Shown here piece after piece: positions 9,210 through 20,542 of a stretch of DNA of 64,000 nt. Numbering within the stretch: position 1 is the stretch's first letter; every line of letters begins with the position of its first letter. The notes under the pieces are model-generated. The model was given only the letters and a program-made list of their open reading frames with translations, made no database searches and was not told the origin of the DNA. The translations under genes were made by a program, and so were the position numbers. Source of the DNA: Actinomycetes bacterium (lineage in GTDB: Bacteria > Actinomycetota > Thermoleophilia > RBG-16-64-13); the NCBI GenBank assembly GCA_021372435.1, contig JAJFUK010000128.1, forward strand, positions 6,095 through 70,094. Direction: 5' to 3'.

Positions 9210-9962
9210 GTGCCTGCAGATCTCAAGGTCACGCTTCTTCAGCACACCCCTCTGCCCGAGCGGGCGGTGGCCTCGGCCGGGAGGCTGTGTTACGCGCCGG
9301 TCAGCGCCGCGGAACTCAAGCAAACCATGAGCGACGACGATGTCCGTCGCCTGGTCCGGGGGCTGATCCGGTCCGGCCATATGAGCGCACTGGAGCACGC
9401 CGGCTTCACCTTCGCGGTCGACGGGATATCGAGGGCCTGCTCCCATCAACTCGTCCGGCATAGAGTCGCCTCCTATAGCCAGCAGTCACAGCGCTACGTG
9501 CGCTTCGGTCCCGAGGGTGGCTTCGTCATCCCGCCGCGCATAGCATCCTCGCCTGAGGCCCGTGCCGTGTTCTACGAGGCCATGGACGATGCGCGCCGCG
9601 CCTATGAACGATTGGTGGAGCTGGGCCTGGCCGAGGGGCGGGGCAAGGAGTCGGTGTTCGAAGACGCGCGTTTCGTCCTGCCGAACGCGGCCGAGACCAA
9701 GATAGTGGTGACTATGAACGCCCGCGAGCTCAGGCACTTCTTCTCGCTGCGCTGCTGCCGGCGGGCTCAGTGGGAGATCAACCGCCTGGCCTGGACCATG
9801 CGTCATCTGGCTTCCTCGGTGGCGCCGTTGCTCTTCGAGGATACCGGCCCCGGCTGCATGACCGGAGGCTGTCACGAGGGCAAGATGTCGTGCGGCGATC
9901 CCTATACGGAGGAGGAGGTCCTCGCCATGGACCTCGTCCGCTCCATCGGGGGCGTGGACTGA
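9210..9962 (+). CDS. thyX: FAD-dependent thymidylate synthase ThyX
   Basis: ThyX signature RHRVASYSQQSQRY (RHRxxSxxxxSxR), ~250 aa. Confidence 0.85.
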   Translation: MPADLKVTLLQHTPLPERAVASAGRLCYAPVSAAELKQTMSDDDVRRLVRGLIRSGHMSALEHAGFTFAVDGISRACSHQLVRHRVASYSQQSQRYVRFGPEGGFVIPPRIASSPEARAVFYEAMDDARRAYERLVELGLAEGRGKESVFEDARFVLPNAAETKIVVTMNARELRHFFSLRCCRRAQWEINRLAWTMRHLASSVAPLLFEDTGPGCMTGGCHEGKMSCGDPYTEEEVLAMDLVRSIGGVD

Positions 9963-9963
9963 G

Positions 9964-11121
9964 GTGGCGGCGTATGCCGCAGGCGGCGAAGACCAGGCCG
10001 TCCGGATAGAACGGGCCGTCGTAGACGCGCCGGTCGTCGGCGACCCGGGTACCGCCGGAGAGGACGGACCATGCCGCTACACCTGGGAGCATACTTTCGG
10101 GGGCCAGGCGGTCATCGAGGGAGTGATGATGCGGGGCAAACACAGCTGGGGGCTGGCTGTGCGCAGACCCTCGGGCGGCGTCGCGCGGATCGCCTACCCA
10201 TTGGAGTCCCTCGGTTCTCGCCATCGGTGGATGAAGCTCCCCGTCGTGCGGGGTGTGATATCTCTCTATGAGTCTCTGACCCTGGGTATCAAGGCCTTGG
10301 GGATATCGGCCAACATCGGTCTCGAGGACCCCGATGCAGATCCTCCTGCTGATACCGGTACCGAGCTGCCCGCGCAAGGCGCTGCGACCGCGGACGGAGC
10401 CGCCGTCGCGGCAGGGGGCCTCGGGACGGACGAGGCTGCGACCAAGGCCGTGGTTGCCGATGGGGAGCCGGCCTTCGGGTGGAAGGAGCTGGCCGTCACC
10501 GTCATCGTGGCGGTGGCCTTCGCGGTGGGGCTGTTCGTGGCCGCGCCCCTGGCGATCGTCAAGTACTTCGAAGATGTCTTCTCCAATCCTTTCCTCTTCA
10601 ACCTGGTGGAGGGCATCATCCGGATCGTCATCTTCATCCTCTACATCGTGGTGATCTCGCTACTCCCCGATCTGCGGCGGGTCTTCCAGTATCACGGAGC
10701 CGAGCACAAGGTCATCCACGCGTACGAGTCCTGCGGGAGGCCCGATGCCGGGAGGGCGGCCGGGTTCTCCACCCGGCACCCGCGTTGCGGCACCGGGTTC
10801 CTGCTCCTGGTGATGGTGATCGCTGTTTTCGTGTTCGCAATCGTGGGCAAGCCCAGTCTGCCCTGGCTGGTGCTGTCTCGCCTGTTGGGGATCCCGCTCA
10901 TCATCGGCATCTCCTACGAGATCGGCATAAAATGGCTGGGGAAGCACCCCGATGGGTTCTTCGCCCGTATCCTGCTCTGGCCGGGACTCCAGTTGCAGCG
11001 GTTGACCACTCGCGAACCCAGTCCCGACCAGCTCGAGGTCGCGGCTGCGGCGCTCGAAGAGGTCATGCGGATGGACGAAGTGGAGCAGTTCGCAGTCACC
11101 GAGTTGGCGGTCGAGACATGA
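9964..11121 (+). CDS. DUF1385 (YqhQ-like) membrane-associated protein, with Ala/Gly-rich low-complexity insert
   Basis: FGGQAVIEGVMMRG...YHGAEHKVIHAYE motifs. Conserved position immediately upstream of prfA. Start codon uncertain. Confidence 0.6.
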   Translation: MAAYAAGGEDQAVRIERAVVDAPVVGDPGTAGEDGPCRYTWEHTFGGQAVIEGVMMRGKHSWGLAVRRPSGGVARIAYPLESLGSRHRWMKLPVVRGVISLYESLTLGIKALGISANIGLEDPDADPPADTGTELPAQGAATADGAAVAAGGLGTDEAATKAVVADGEPAFGWKELAVTVIVAVAFAVGLFVAAPLAIVKYFEDVFSNPFLFNLVEGIIRIVIFILYIVVISLLPDLRRVFQYHGAEHKVIHAYESCGRPDAGRAAGFSTRHPRCGTGFLLLVMVIAVFVFAIVGKPSLPWLVLSRLLGIPLIIGISYEIGIKWLGKHPDGFFARILLWPGLQLQRLTTREPSPDQLEVAAAALEEVMRMDEVEQFAVTELAVET

Positions 11122-12194
11122 TCGAACGGCTTGCAGCCGAGATAGAGGATAAGTACCTTACCCTCACGGAGGAGTTGGCCGACCCGGAGGTCCTCCGCGA
11201 CCAGTCACGGTACGCCGAGTTGTCTAAGGCCCACTCCGACTTGGAGGAGTCGTATCGGCTGGCCGTGGCCTATCGGGAGGCCCGGACCTCGTTGCAGGAC
11301 GCCGAAGCCATGCTTGAAGAGGGAGGGCTCGACCCCGAGATGAAGGAGTTCCTGGTCGAGGAGAAGGCCTCCGCCCGCGCGAGGCTGGACGAGCTGGAAC
11401 AACAGTTGCGCCTGGCGGTCCTGGAGAGGGACCCGCGCGATGAGAAGAACGCCATCGTGGAGGTACGGGCGGGCGCGGGCGGCGATGAAGCCGCGCTTTT
11501 CGCAGCGGAGGTGCAGCGGATGCTGATGCGCTATGCGGAGAGGATGCATCTCAAGACCGACGTCCTCTCGACGACCGAAGCGGCTCTCGGCGGTGTGAAG
11601 GAAGTCATCTTCGAGGTCAAGGGCAAGAACGCCTTCGGGGCGCTCAAGTACGAATCCGGTGTCCACCGCGTGCAGCGTGTCCCGGTGACGGAGTCGACCG
11701 GGCGCATCCACACGTCCACGGTCACCGTCGCCGTGCTCCCGGAGGCGGAGGAGGTCGAAGTCCACATCGACCCGGCGGATGTGCGGGTAGATGTATACCG
11801 CTCCACCGGCCCCGGCGGCCAGTCGGTCAACACCACCGATTCGGCGGTAAGGCTCACCCACCTTCCCACGGGACTGGTGGTGTCGTGTCAGGATGAGAAA
11901 TCCCAGTTGCAGAACAAGGAGCGTGCCTTCCGCATCCTCAGGGCGCGCCTTTACGACATGGCGCAGGCCGAACAGAACGCCCAGGTCGCCGCCCAGAGAC
12001 GCAGCCAGGTGGGCACGGGGGACCGGGCTCAGAAGATCCGTACCTACAACTTCCCCCAAGGCCGGGTCACCGACCACCGGGTGGGACTGACCTCGCACCG
12101 CATCGAAGCCATACTCCAAGGCGAACTCGAGGAGTTCACCGAGGCTCTGGAAGCCCACGAGCGGGCGGAGCGACTGGCGGCGGCCGAGGTCTGA
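11118..12194 (+). CDS. prfA: Peptide chain release factor 1
   Basis: RF-1 PVT tripeptide (RVPVTESTGRIHTS), GGQ motif STGPGGQSVNTTDSAVR. Start MIERLAAE, overlapping the upstream stop (ATGA). Confidence 0.9.
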   Translation: MIERLAAEIEDKYLTLTEELADPEVLRDQSRYAELSKAHSDLEESYRLAVAYREARTSLQDAEAMLEEGGLDPEMKEFLVEEKASARARLDELEQQLRLAVLERDPRDEKNAIVEVRAGAGGDEAALFAAEVQRMLMRYAERMHLKTDVLSTTEAALGGVKEVIFEVKGKNAFGALKYESGVHRVQRVPVTESTGRIHTSTVTVAVLPEAEEVEVHIDPADVRVDVYRSTGPGGQSVNTTDSAVRLTHLPTGLVVSCQDEKSQLQNKERAFRILRARLYDMAQAEQNAQVAAQRRSQVGTGDRAQKIRTYNFPQGRVTDHRVGLTSHRIEAILQGELEEFTEALEAHERAERLAAAEV

Positions 12195-12207
12195 GCGCGG
12201 ACGCGGG

Positions 12208-13770
12208 GTGGACGCCGTGGATCGTTGGACCATCGGGTCGCTGCTTGAGACCGCGGCCGGCTATCTGCGCGAGAAAGGCTTTGACTCTCCCCGCCTGGAC
12301 GCCGAGTTGCTGTTGGCCGAGTGTCTCGGTGTCGACCGGGTGCGTCTGTACATCGAGTTCGACCGCCCGCTGACGGCCGGTGAGGTCGATCGCTATCGAG
12401 CACTGATCGCCCGGCGGGCGGCCCACGAGCCGGTCGCCTATATCACGCGCCGGGCGTACTTCCGTCGCTTGTGTCTCGAGGTGACACCGGCTGTGCTTGT
12501 CCCCCGCCCCGAGACCGAGGAACTGGTGGAGGTGGCACTTGACTCCTTACGGCGCCGGCCCGCTCTGACGATAGGCGCGGCGTCCGGCGGCGAAGCCGGC
12601 CGGCCGCCCCTGGTCGCGGATGTCGGTACCGGGAGCGGGGCCATCGCTCTAAGTCTGGCCCAGGAAGCCGGCGTGTCCGTCCTTGCCATCGACGCGAGCT
12701 CCGAAGCGCTCGAGGTGGCCGCCCGCAATGCGGCGCTACTGGGACTCGCGGGCCTCGTTCGCTTCGCGCAGGCCGATCTTCTAGCGACGGTGGCGGAACA
12801 CAGCCTTCACTTGGTGGTGAGCAACCCCCCGTACGTCCGTTCCGGGGACCTGGCGGCGCTGCCGGCGGACATCCGCCTGTACGAGCCCAAGACGGCGCTG
12901 GATGGCGGACCCGATGGGCTGGCCGTCATCCGCCGCCTTCTCCCGCAGGCCGCCCGGGCTTTGCGGCCGGGCGGGAGCCTGGTCATCGAGGTCGGCGACG
13001 GGCAGGCTGAGGCCGTCGCCCGGCCGGCGCGCGACGCCGGCTTCTCTCTCGTGACCGTCCACAAGGATATCTCCCAGAAAGACCGCATCGTCGAAGCGAC
13101 CCTTCCGGGGGTGCTGCGGGCGTCCTGCGCAGACCTGGACGACGAGCAGGCGTCTGTCGTGAGGGAGGCGCTCCGCGCGGGAGCCGTGATCGGCGTCCCG
13201 ACCGATACCGTGTACGGCATAGCTGCCCGGTGGGACTCAGCGGCGGGAGTCCGCAGGCTCTTCGCGGCCAAAGGCCGCCCGGCCGGACGGCCCGTGCAGG
13301 TGTTGTTCTCCAGCGTGGAGGCGATCAGGAACGCTGTTCCCGACCTGGATGAAGCTTCCGCACGGGTGCTCGAAGCACTCCTTCCCGGCCCCTTCACCTT
13401 CGTCGTCGCCACGACCGTCGCCCGGCCGCCGTACGTCGGCACTGCCGGCTCCCTAGGGGTGCGGGTCCCCGACCATCCCTCTCTGCTCAGGCTGCTCAGC
13501 ATCTTGGACATGCCTCTTGCAGCGACGAGCGCCAATCCGTCCGGAGACGCCGGTGTCGGCACTTCTGCCGAGGTGGATCCGTCGGTGCTCGCTCACTGTT
13601 CCATTGTTTTCACCGACGGGGACGGGGCAGGCGGCCGTCTCAGTGCCGCCGGGGTCGCTTCGACTGTGGTCGACCTTCGTCCCTTGGCCCTCGGTGGCCC
13701 TGCTTTGGTGGTCCGGGAGGGGGCGGTGGCGGGCGCCGCGGTGATGGAGCGGATAGGCGCTCTTCGTTGA
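12208..13770 (+). CDS. prmC: Fusion protein: release-factor glutamine N5-methyltransferase PrmC (HemK) + L-threonylcarbamoyladenylate synthase TsaC (Sua5/YrdC/YwlC domain)
   Basis: N-terminal half with GTGSGAIALS and VVSNPPYV (NPPY) motifs. C-terminal ~210 aa VIGVPTDTVYGIAA...LFAAKGRP...PLAATSANPSG is a YrdC/Sua5 domain. One uninterrupted 520-aa ORF. Confidence 0.75.
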   Translation: MDAVDRWTIGSLLETAAGYLREKGFDSPRLDAELLLAECLGVDRVRLYIEFDRPLTAGEVDRYRALIARRAAHEPVAYITRRAYFRRLCLEVTPAVLVPRPETEELVEVALDSLRRRPALTIGAASGGEAGRPPLVADVGTGSGAIALSLAQEAGVSVLAIDASSEALEVAARNAALLGLAGLVRFAQADLLATVAEHSLHLVVSNPPYVRSGDLAALPADIRLYEPKTALDGGPDGLAVIRRLLPQAARALRPGGSLVIEVGDGQAEAVARPARDAGFSLVTVHKDISQKDRIVEATLPGVLRASCADLDDEQASVVREALRAGAVIGVPTDTVYGIAARWDSAAGVRRLFAAKGRPAGRPVQVLFSSVEAIRNAVPDLDEASARVLEALLPGPFTFVVATTVARPPYVGTAGSLGVRVPDHPSLLRLLSILDMPLAATSANPSGDAGVGTSAEVDPSVLAHCSIVFTDGDGAGGRLSAAGVASTVVDLRPLALGGPALVVREGAVAGAAVMERIGALR

Positions 13771-13844
13771 GGCGGGGTTTCGCAGGGAGCGGCTCCTGGG
13801 GCCCCATCTGCTATCCTTGAGCCCCGATCGGGAGGAGGAGGACG

Positions 13845-14297
13845 ATGCGTTACGCGTTTGGCTGCGACCATGCCGGATTCGAGCTCAAAGACGTCTTGAT
13901 AAAGGAACTGGTGGCCGCCGGCCACGAGGTGGTCGACATGGGCACCGACAGTGCGGAGCGCACCGATTTCCCGATCTACGCGAACAAGGTGGCGCAGGCC
14001 GTGAGCGAGGGGACGGTGGAGAGAGGGGTCCTCGTCTGCGGCACGGGGTTGGGCATGGCGATGGCGGCGAGCAGGTACCCGGGCATCCGGGCAGTCTCTC
14101 TCAGCGACTGCTATTCGGCGCGCATGGCCCGCCGTCACACCGACGCCAACATCCTGTGCATGGGTGCCCGTGTGGTCGGGGTCGGGCTCGCGGTCGACCT
14201 GCTGCGGGCTTGGATGTCGGAGGATTTCGAAGGCGGCCGTTATGCCGAGCGCCTCGCGATGATGCGCGGAGGATATGAGGGAGGCCATCCAGATTGA
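13845..14297 (+). CDS. rpiB: Ribose-5-phosphate isomerase B
   Basis: [15 protein letters not shown]...[22 protein letters not shown], RpiB/LacAB family. Confidence 0.85.
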   Translation: MRYAFGCDHAGFELKDVLIKELVAAGHEVVDMGTDSAERTDFPIYANKVAQAVSEGTVERGVLVCGTGLGMAMAASRYPGIRAVSLSDCYSARMARRHTDANILCMGARVVGVGLAVDLLRAWMSEDFEGGRYAERLAMMRGGYEGGHPD

Positions 14298-15589
14298 TCG
14301 ATCTTCCCCGTGAGGCGAGAAACGGCGAACGGTCGCTGGCGGAGGCCGATCCCGAGATAAGCGCGCTCATCCGGCGAGAGCTGGCCCGCCAGAGGCGCAA
14401 CATCGAGCTGATCGCTTCCGAGAACTTCACAGCAGTCTCGGTATTGGAAGCGGTGGGCAGCGTCCTCACGAACAAGTACGCCGAAGGGTACCCGGGCAGA
14501 CGTTACTACGGCGGCTGCGAGGTGGTGGACGAGGTGGAGGCCCTGGCCGTGAAGCGGGCCAAGGCTCTGTACGGCGCCGAGCACGCCAACGTCCAGCCCC
14601 ATTCGGGGTCTACGGCCAATCAGGCCGTGTACTTCGCGGCGCTCGAACCGGGCGACCGGGTGTTGGCTATGAGCCTGGCCCACGGCGGGCATCTTACCCA
14701 CGGACTCTCGACCAACTTCTCGGGCCGCGAATACGCCTTCTATCACTATGGCGTCGGTCGGGAGACAGGCAGGATCGATCTTGAGGAGGTGAGGGCGCAG
14801 GCCCGCGCGTGCCGGCCCAAGCTGATCGTGGTCGGGGCGAGCGCCTACCCGCGGGTCTTCGACTACGCCGCCTTCCGCGAGATCGCCGATGAAGTGGGCG
14901 CGGAATTGATGGCCGATATGGCCCACATCGCCGGTCTGGTGGCGGCGGGTGTCCATCCTTCGCCCATCCCTTACTGCGAGTGGGTCACGACCACGACCCA
15001 CAAGACCCTCACCGGTCCCCGAGGGGGAGCCTGCTTCTGCCGGGCCGAGGATGCAGCCCGACTCGACAAGGCCGTCTTTCCCGGCCTGCAAGGGGGGCCG
15101 CTGGAGCACGTCATCGCGGGCAAGGCGGTCTGCTTCCTGCTGGCCTCCACCGAGGAGTTCAAGGCCAAACAGCGCATGACCGTCGAAAATGCCCGGGTCT
15201 TGGCCGAGACCCTTCTCGACGGGGGGCTCAGGCTGGTGTCGGGAGGCACCGACAACCACCTGTTGCTGGTCGACTTCTCCGGCACCGAGATGACCGGTGC
15301 GCAGGCCCAAGAGCTGCTTAGGTGCGCAGGCATCACTGCGAACAAGAACGCGGTCCCCTATGACGAGCGGCCGACCACCGTCACCTCCGGACTGCGCCTC
15401 GGCACGGCGGCTATGACCACGCGCGGTTTCGGTCCCGAGGAGATGCGGGAGGTGGGAAGGATCATCATCGAGACACTCACCACCGAGCCGGACGACGCCG
15501 CTCTAGACCGGCTGCTGCAGCGCAGCCTGGCCCTCACCGAGGCGTTCCCTCTGTACTCCGCGTTGGGGGAGTTACGGCCTCTCCCATGA
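14294..15589 (+). CDS. glyA: Serine hydroxymethyltransferase
   Basis: [38 protein letters not shown]...HSGSTAN, PLP-Lys region [13 protein letters not shown]. Confidence 0.9.
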   Translation: MIDLPREARNGERSLAEADPEISALIRRELARQRRNIELIASENFTAVSVLEAVGSVLTNKYAEGYPGRRYYGGCEVVDEVEALAVKRAKALYGAEHANVQPHSGSTANQAVYFAALEPGDRVLAMSLAHGGHLTHGLSTNFSGREYAFYHYGVGRETGRIDLEEVRAQARACRPKLIVVGASAYPRVFDYAAFREIADEVGAELMADMAHIAGLVAAGVHPSPIPYCEWVTTTTHKTLTGPRGGACFCRAEDAARLDKAVFPGLQGGPLEHVIAGKAVCFLLASTEEFKAKQRMTVENARVLAETLLDGGLRLVSGGTDNHLLLVDFSGTEMTGAQAQELLRCAGITANKNAVPYDERPTTVTSGLRLGTAAMTTRGFGPEEMREVGRIIIETLTTEPDDAALDRLLQRSLALTEAFPLYSALGELRPLP

Positions 15590-16047
15590 AGAGTCCGACG
15601 CGCGCAGATCGACCAAGCTGGGAGGAGTACTTCATGGAGATAGCCCGGGTGGTTTCCACCCGGTCAACGTGCTTACGGCGGCAGGTGGGGGCCGTGCTCG
15701 TCAAGAACCGGCAGATCCTCGCCACCGGCTACAACGGAGTCCCGCGCGGCATCGCGCACTGCGATGAGCGAGGGTGCCTTCGAGACCGGCTCGGCATACC
15801 ATCGGGAGAGCGCCACGAGCTCTGCCGGGGACTACACGCCGAACAAAACGCGATCATCCAGGCCGCCTATCACGGCGTCGCCGTCAACGGCGCCGAGATA
15901 TACGTGACCCTGCAACCGTGCGTGACCTGCGCCAAGACGCTTATCAACGCAGGGATCGTCGCGGTGTACTTCTGCGGCGTCTATCCCGACGCCTTGTCCA
16001 TGGAGATGTTCGAGGAGGCGGGCACCCGTCTCGTGCAGATGGGCTGA
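15586..16047 (+). CDS. dCMP deaminase (CMP/dCMP deaminase zinc-binding family, ComEB-like)
   Basis: HAEQNAI...[10 protein letters not shown] zinc-binding motifs (H-A-E ... PC-x2-C). Confidence 0.8.
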   Translation: MKSPTRADRPSWEEYFMEIARVVSTRSTCLRRQVGAVLVKNRQILATGYNGVPRGIAHCDERGCLRDRLGIPSGERHELCRGLHAEQNAIIQAAYHGVAVNGAEIYVTLQPCVTCAKTLINAGIVAVYFCGVYPDALSMEMFEEAGTRLVQMG

Positions 16048-16093
16048 AAAAGAACTCTCGTATACATTGGCTGAACATCGGATATCATTTTCC

Positions 16094-16123
16094 TTGCGCT
16101 CTCTGGGAACGGTGTTTTATAAT
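16094..16123 (+). promoter_or_regulatory. Sigma70-like promoter candidate for the atp operon
   Basis: ttgcgc - 18 nt - tataat immediately upstream of the atpZ-like start. Confidence 0.35.
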
Positions 16124-16138
16124 GCGACGGACATACCT

Positions 16139-16405
16139 GTGAGCGGCGATCCCCGGCGCGGGGCGCCGGATGCCGGAAGCCTAGGCTTCACGTTCGTCGC
16201 TCTGGTGGTGGTAGCGACGGTTCTCGGCTACGCGGCGGACCGGTGGCTGTACACCGGACCATGGCTGATGGTGGCTGGGGTCTTCGTGGGCGCGGGCGTC
16301 GGATTCGCCTACTTGGTGTACATCCTCTTCACGAGCGGAGTGGGGGGCCGGCCGCGGAAGAAGAGTGCAGACAAGGACGGCGGACCGGCCGGGCGTTCCC
16401 TGTAG
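16139..16405 (+). CDS. atpZ: AtpZ-like small membrane protein (putative ATP synthase-associated)
   Basis: Two-TM protein with AtpZ-like motif LGFTFVALVVVATVLGYAADRWLYTGPWLMVAGVFVGAGVGF. GTG start placed after the promoter candidate. The longer ORF-track start lies inside the promoter. Confidence 0.4.
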   Translation: MSGDPRRGAPDAGSLGFTFVALVVVATVLGYAADRWLYTGPWLMVAGVFVGAGVGFAYLVYILFTSGVGGRPRKKSADKDGGPAGRSL

Positions 16406-16419
16406 AGGGCGACACGTTT

Positions 16420-16755
16420 GATGGGGAGGGTGTTCTGACGCTGATCCTGATATCGATCGTAGTCGGGCTTGCTCTTGCGGCGGCGTATCAGTACCTGTCC
16501 GTGCGCCTGCAACGTTGGGCGTCCCAGAAGCGGGCTCTCATGCAACCCGCCCTCGCCATTCTCAGCTTCTTCGGACGCCTCGTGATCATCGTGGGCATCC
16601 TTTTCGCTCTCGGTCTGTGGTCTCCACTCAACATCCTGGCCGTCTGCCTTTCCTTCATCGTTGTGTTCACGATCCTCAACGGTGTTTGGCTCTACTCTCT
16701 GGCCACTAGGCACGGTGAGACCCCACCTTCAGCGAAGGCCGGCGGGGCAGGCTAG
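16420..16755 (+). CDS. atpI: ATP synthase protein I (AtpI)-like membrane protein; start codon unresolved
   Basis: Hydrophobic ILISIVVGLALAAAYQYLS...IIVGILFALGLWSPLNILAVCLSFIVVFTILNG. No canonical in-frame start after the atpZ stop. The only ATG (16261/16243) would overlap atpZ out of frame. Confidence 0.35.
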   Translation, partial: DGEGVLTLILISIVVGLALAAAYQYLSVRLQRWASQKRALMQPALAILSFFGRLVIIVGILFALGLWSPLNILAVCLSFIVVFTILNGVWLYSLATRHGETPPSAKAGGAG

Positions 16756-16764
16756 GAGGCCCGG

Positions 16765-17824
<1,060 letters not shown>

Positions 17825-17925
17825 GAGCTCGAGTCAGGATAAAGCAACGCCGGTCAGGCTGCGATGGACGAGTGCGGACGGTCCGCGCAGCCCGTCTCAC
17901 GAGTAGGGGAGTAACAGGTTAAGGC

Positions 17926-18432
17926 ATGAAGATATTCGCGTTAGATCCGGGGCTGTTCATCTGGTCGGTGATCACCTTCCTCATCCTGGTCGGGTTGCTC
18001 TACAAGTTCGCCTTCAACCCGCTCATGCGGATGCAGAAGGCCAGGCAGGAAGAGATCCACCAATCGATCCACGACGCGGAGAGACTGCGCGACGAAGCCC
18101 AGGAATTGCTCGCCAGCTATAAGAAGCAGTTGGCGGAGGCCCGCGAGGAGGCGGCGGCCATCGTCGACCGGGCGCGAAAGGCGAGCGAGTCCACCAAGGC
18201 CGAGGTCCTGGAGGAGGCCCGGGTGCAGGCGGAAGCCATGTTGGCCAAAGCTCGGCAGCAGATCGAGCGCGACACGAGCCGGGCCCTGCAGAAGATCCGG
18301 GAAGAAGTCGCCGATCTTACGATCGCCGCCACGGAGAAGGTGGCCCGCGTCGGTCTCTCGAAGCAGGATCAACTCCGCCTGATCCAAGAAGCCATCAACG
18401 AGATCGATCTCAGCAAGGTCAGCGAGAACTAG
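17926..18432 (+). CDS. atpF: F0F1 ATP synthase subunit b
   Basis: N-terminal TM helix then long charged coiled coil, between atpE and atpH. Confidence 0.8.
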   Translation: MKIFALDPGLFIWSVITFLILVGLLYKFAFNPLMRMQKARQEEIHQSIHDAERLRDEAQELLASYKKQLAEAREEAAAIVDRARKASESTKAEVLEEARVQAEAMLAKARQQIERDTSRALQKIREEVADLTIAATEKVARVGLSKQDQLRLIQEAINEIDLSKVSEN

Positions 18433-18456
18433 AAGAAGGGGACGACCGAGGGGCTG

Positions 18457-19029
18457 ATGAGCGAAGGCAAGATCGCACGAGTCTATGCGACTGCGCTTTA
18501 CCAGGCCGCTGAAGAAGAGGGGCGGATAGAGCAGGTCAGACGCGATCTGGGCGAGTTCGTCCAGGCGGTGGAGGGTTCGGACGAGCTCCGTCAGTTCCTT
18601 GTGGCCGAGGAGATATCCGATGCGCGCAAGATCCAGGTCTTGCTGGAGTTGACCGAGGGGGCCGACCAGTTGGTCCGGAATCTTCTCCGTCTCTTGGTCG
18701 ACAAGAGCAGGGAAGGCGAGCTGGCAGGCATCTACCGGGCCTACGTCGACTTGGTCGAGGAGGCCCAGGGTCTGGTGCATGTGGAAGTAGTCTCGGCCGT
18801 GCCTCTCACGCCGTCTTTGCAGGAGACGCTCAAGAAGAAGATAGAGGGGTCGCTGCACAAGACCGTCGAACTCACTCTGACGGTGGACCCAGAGATCCTC
18901 GGCGGGCTGCGGCTGCGCATCGGCGACCGGGTCGCCGATGCCAGCGTGCGGCGCCGCCTCGACAAACTCCGCGAATTGTTGATCACCCCTATGGCCAGCT
19001 TGGAGGGTTCAGTTGAAGCTGCATCCTGA
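18457..19029 (+). CDS. atpH: F0F1 ATP synthase subunit delta (OSCP)
   Basis: [16 protein letters not shown]...OSCP-like, between b and alpha. Confidence 0.8.
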   Translation: MSEGKIARVYATALYQAAEEEGRIEQVRRDLGEFVQAVEGSDELRQFLVAEEISDARKIQVLLELTEGADQLVRNLLRLLVDKSREGELAGIYRAYVDLVEEAQGLVHVEVVSAVPLTPSLQETLKKKIEGSLHKTVELTLTVDPEILGGLRLRIGDRVADASVRRRLDKLRELLITPMASLEGSVEAAS

Positions 19030-20536
19030 GGAGATAACCAGCGTCCTTAAATCCCGCATCAAGAGCTACGAGACGGGCGTCGAGATCCAGGAGGTGGGTA
19101 CCGTCGTCCAGGTGGGTGATGGGGTCGCCCGCATCCAAGGACTGGAGAACGCGGTGGCCTCGGAGATGCTCGAACTGCCCCACGGCGTCATGGGCCTGGT
19201 GCTCAACCTTGAAGAGGACAGCGTGGGCGCCGTGCTGATGGGCGAAGACACCCTTATCAAAGAGGGCGACGAGGTCAAGCGTACCGGCCGGGTCATCCAG
19301 GTGCCGGTAGGCGAGGCGCTTATCGGCCGGGTGGTCAATCCCTTGGGCCTTCCCCTCGATGACAAGGGCCCCATCGAGACCGCCGAGTCTCGTCCGGTGG
19401 AGTTCAAGGCTCCGGGAGTGGTCCGCAGGCAGCCGGTAAAAGAACCTCTTCAAACGGGCATCAAGGCCATCGATTCGATGATCCCCATCGGACGCGGGCA
19501 GCGCGAGCTGATCATTGGCGACCGCGGCACGGGCAAGACCGCCATCGCAGTCGATACCATCATCAATCAAAGAGGCCAGGACGTCATCTGCATCTATGTG
19601 GCCATCGGCCAGAAGGCCTCCACGGTAGCCGGCTTGGTCGCGAAGCTCGAAGAGCACGGGGCCATGGACTACACCATCGTCATCATGGCGCCGGCGTCTA
19701 CTTCGGCCCCCATGCGGTACATCGCTCCCTACGCCGGGGCGGCTATGGGCGAGTACTTCACCTACTCAGGACGTCACGCGCTTTGCATCTACGACGACCT
19801 CACCAAGCACGCGGACGCCTACCGGCAGATGTCGCTACTGCTTCGGCGCCCGCCGGGCCGCGAAGCCTTCCCCGGCGACATCTTCTATCTGCACAGCCGT
19901 CTGCTCGAACGGGCCTGCAAGCTCAGCGACAAGGAAGGCGGCGGCTCTCTTACTGCCCTGCCCGTCATCGAGACCCAGGCGGGAGACGTGTCGGCTTACA
20001 TCCCCACCAACGTCATCTCCATCACCGACGGCCAGATCTTCTTGGAAAGCGACCTGTTCTACTCCGGCATCCGGCCCGCGATCAACGTGGGTATCTCGGT
20101 ATCCCGGGTGGGTGGCAACGCCCAGATCAAGGCCATGAAGAAGGTGGCGGGGTCGCTACGTCTGGACCTCTCCCAGTTCCGGGAGCTCGAGGCTTTCGCC
20201 AAGTTCGGGTCGGAGCTCGACCAGGAGACGCAGAAGACCTTGGCTCGAGGCGCACGGCTGGTGGAAGCGCTCAACCAGCCCCAGTACGTCCCCTGGCCGG
20301 TCCAAGAGCAGGTGATGGTCATCTTCGCCGCCACCCAGGGCTATGCGGACGACGTGCCCGTGACGGAGATACCGCGTTTCAACGCGGCGTTGAGGGAGTA
20401 TCTCGCGCAGCAGACTCCGGAGATCGGGGCCGAGATCGCCGCGACCAAGGATCTAAGTCCGCAGCTCGAGGCGAGGCTTCGTGATGCCATCGAGGCGTTC
20501 AAGGAACTATGGGCCGTGGACAAGGTCATCCTTTAG
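19013..20536 (+). CDS. atpA: F0F1 ATP synthase subunit alpha
   Basis: Walker [12 protein letters not shown], ...[12 protein letters not shown]..., 507 aa. Confidence 0.95.
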   Translation: MKLHPEEITSVLKSRIKSYETGVEIQEVGTVVQVGDGVARIQGLENAVASEMLELPHGVMGLVLNLEEDSVGAVLMGEDTLIKEGDEVKRTGRVIQVPVGEALIGRVVNPLGLPLDDKGPIETAESRPVEFKAPGVVRRQPVKEPLQTGIKAIDSMIPIGRGQRELIIGDRGTGKTAIAVDTIINQRGQDVICIYVAIGQKASTVAGLVAKLEEHGAMDYTIVIMAPASTSAPMRYIAPYAGAAMGEYFTYSGRHALCIYDDLTKHADAYRQMSLLLRRPPGREAFPGDIFYLHSRLLERACKLSDKEGGGSLTALPVIETQAGDVSAYIPTNVISITDGQIFLESDLFYSGIRPAINVGISVSRVGGNAQIKAMKKVAGSLRLDLSQFRELEAFAKFGSELDQETQKTLARGARLVEALNQPQYVPWPVQEQVMVIFAATQGYADDVPVTEIPRFNAALREYLAQQTPEIGAEIAATKDLSPQLEARLRDAIEAFKELWAVDKVIL

Positions 20537-20542
20537 GTCCAG

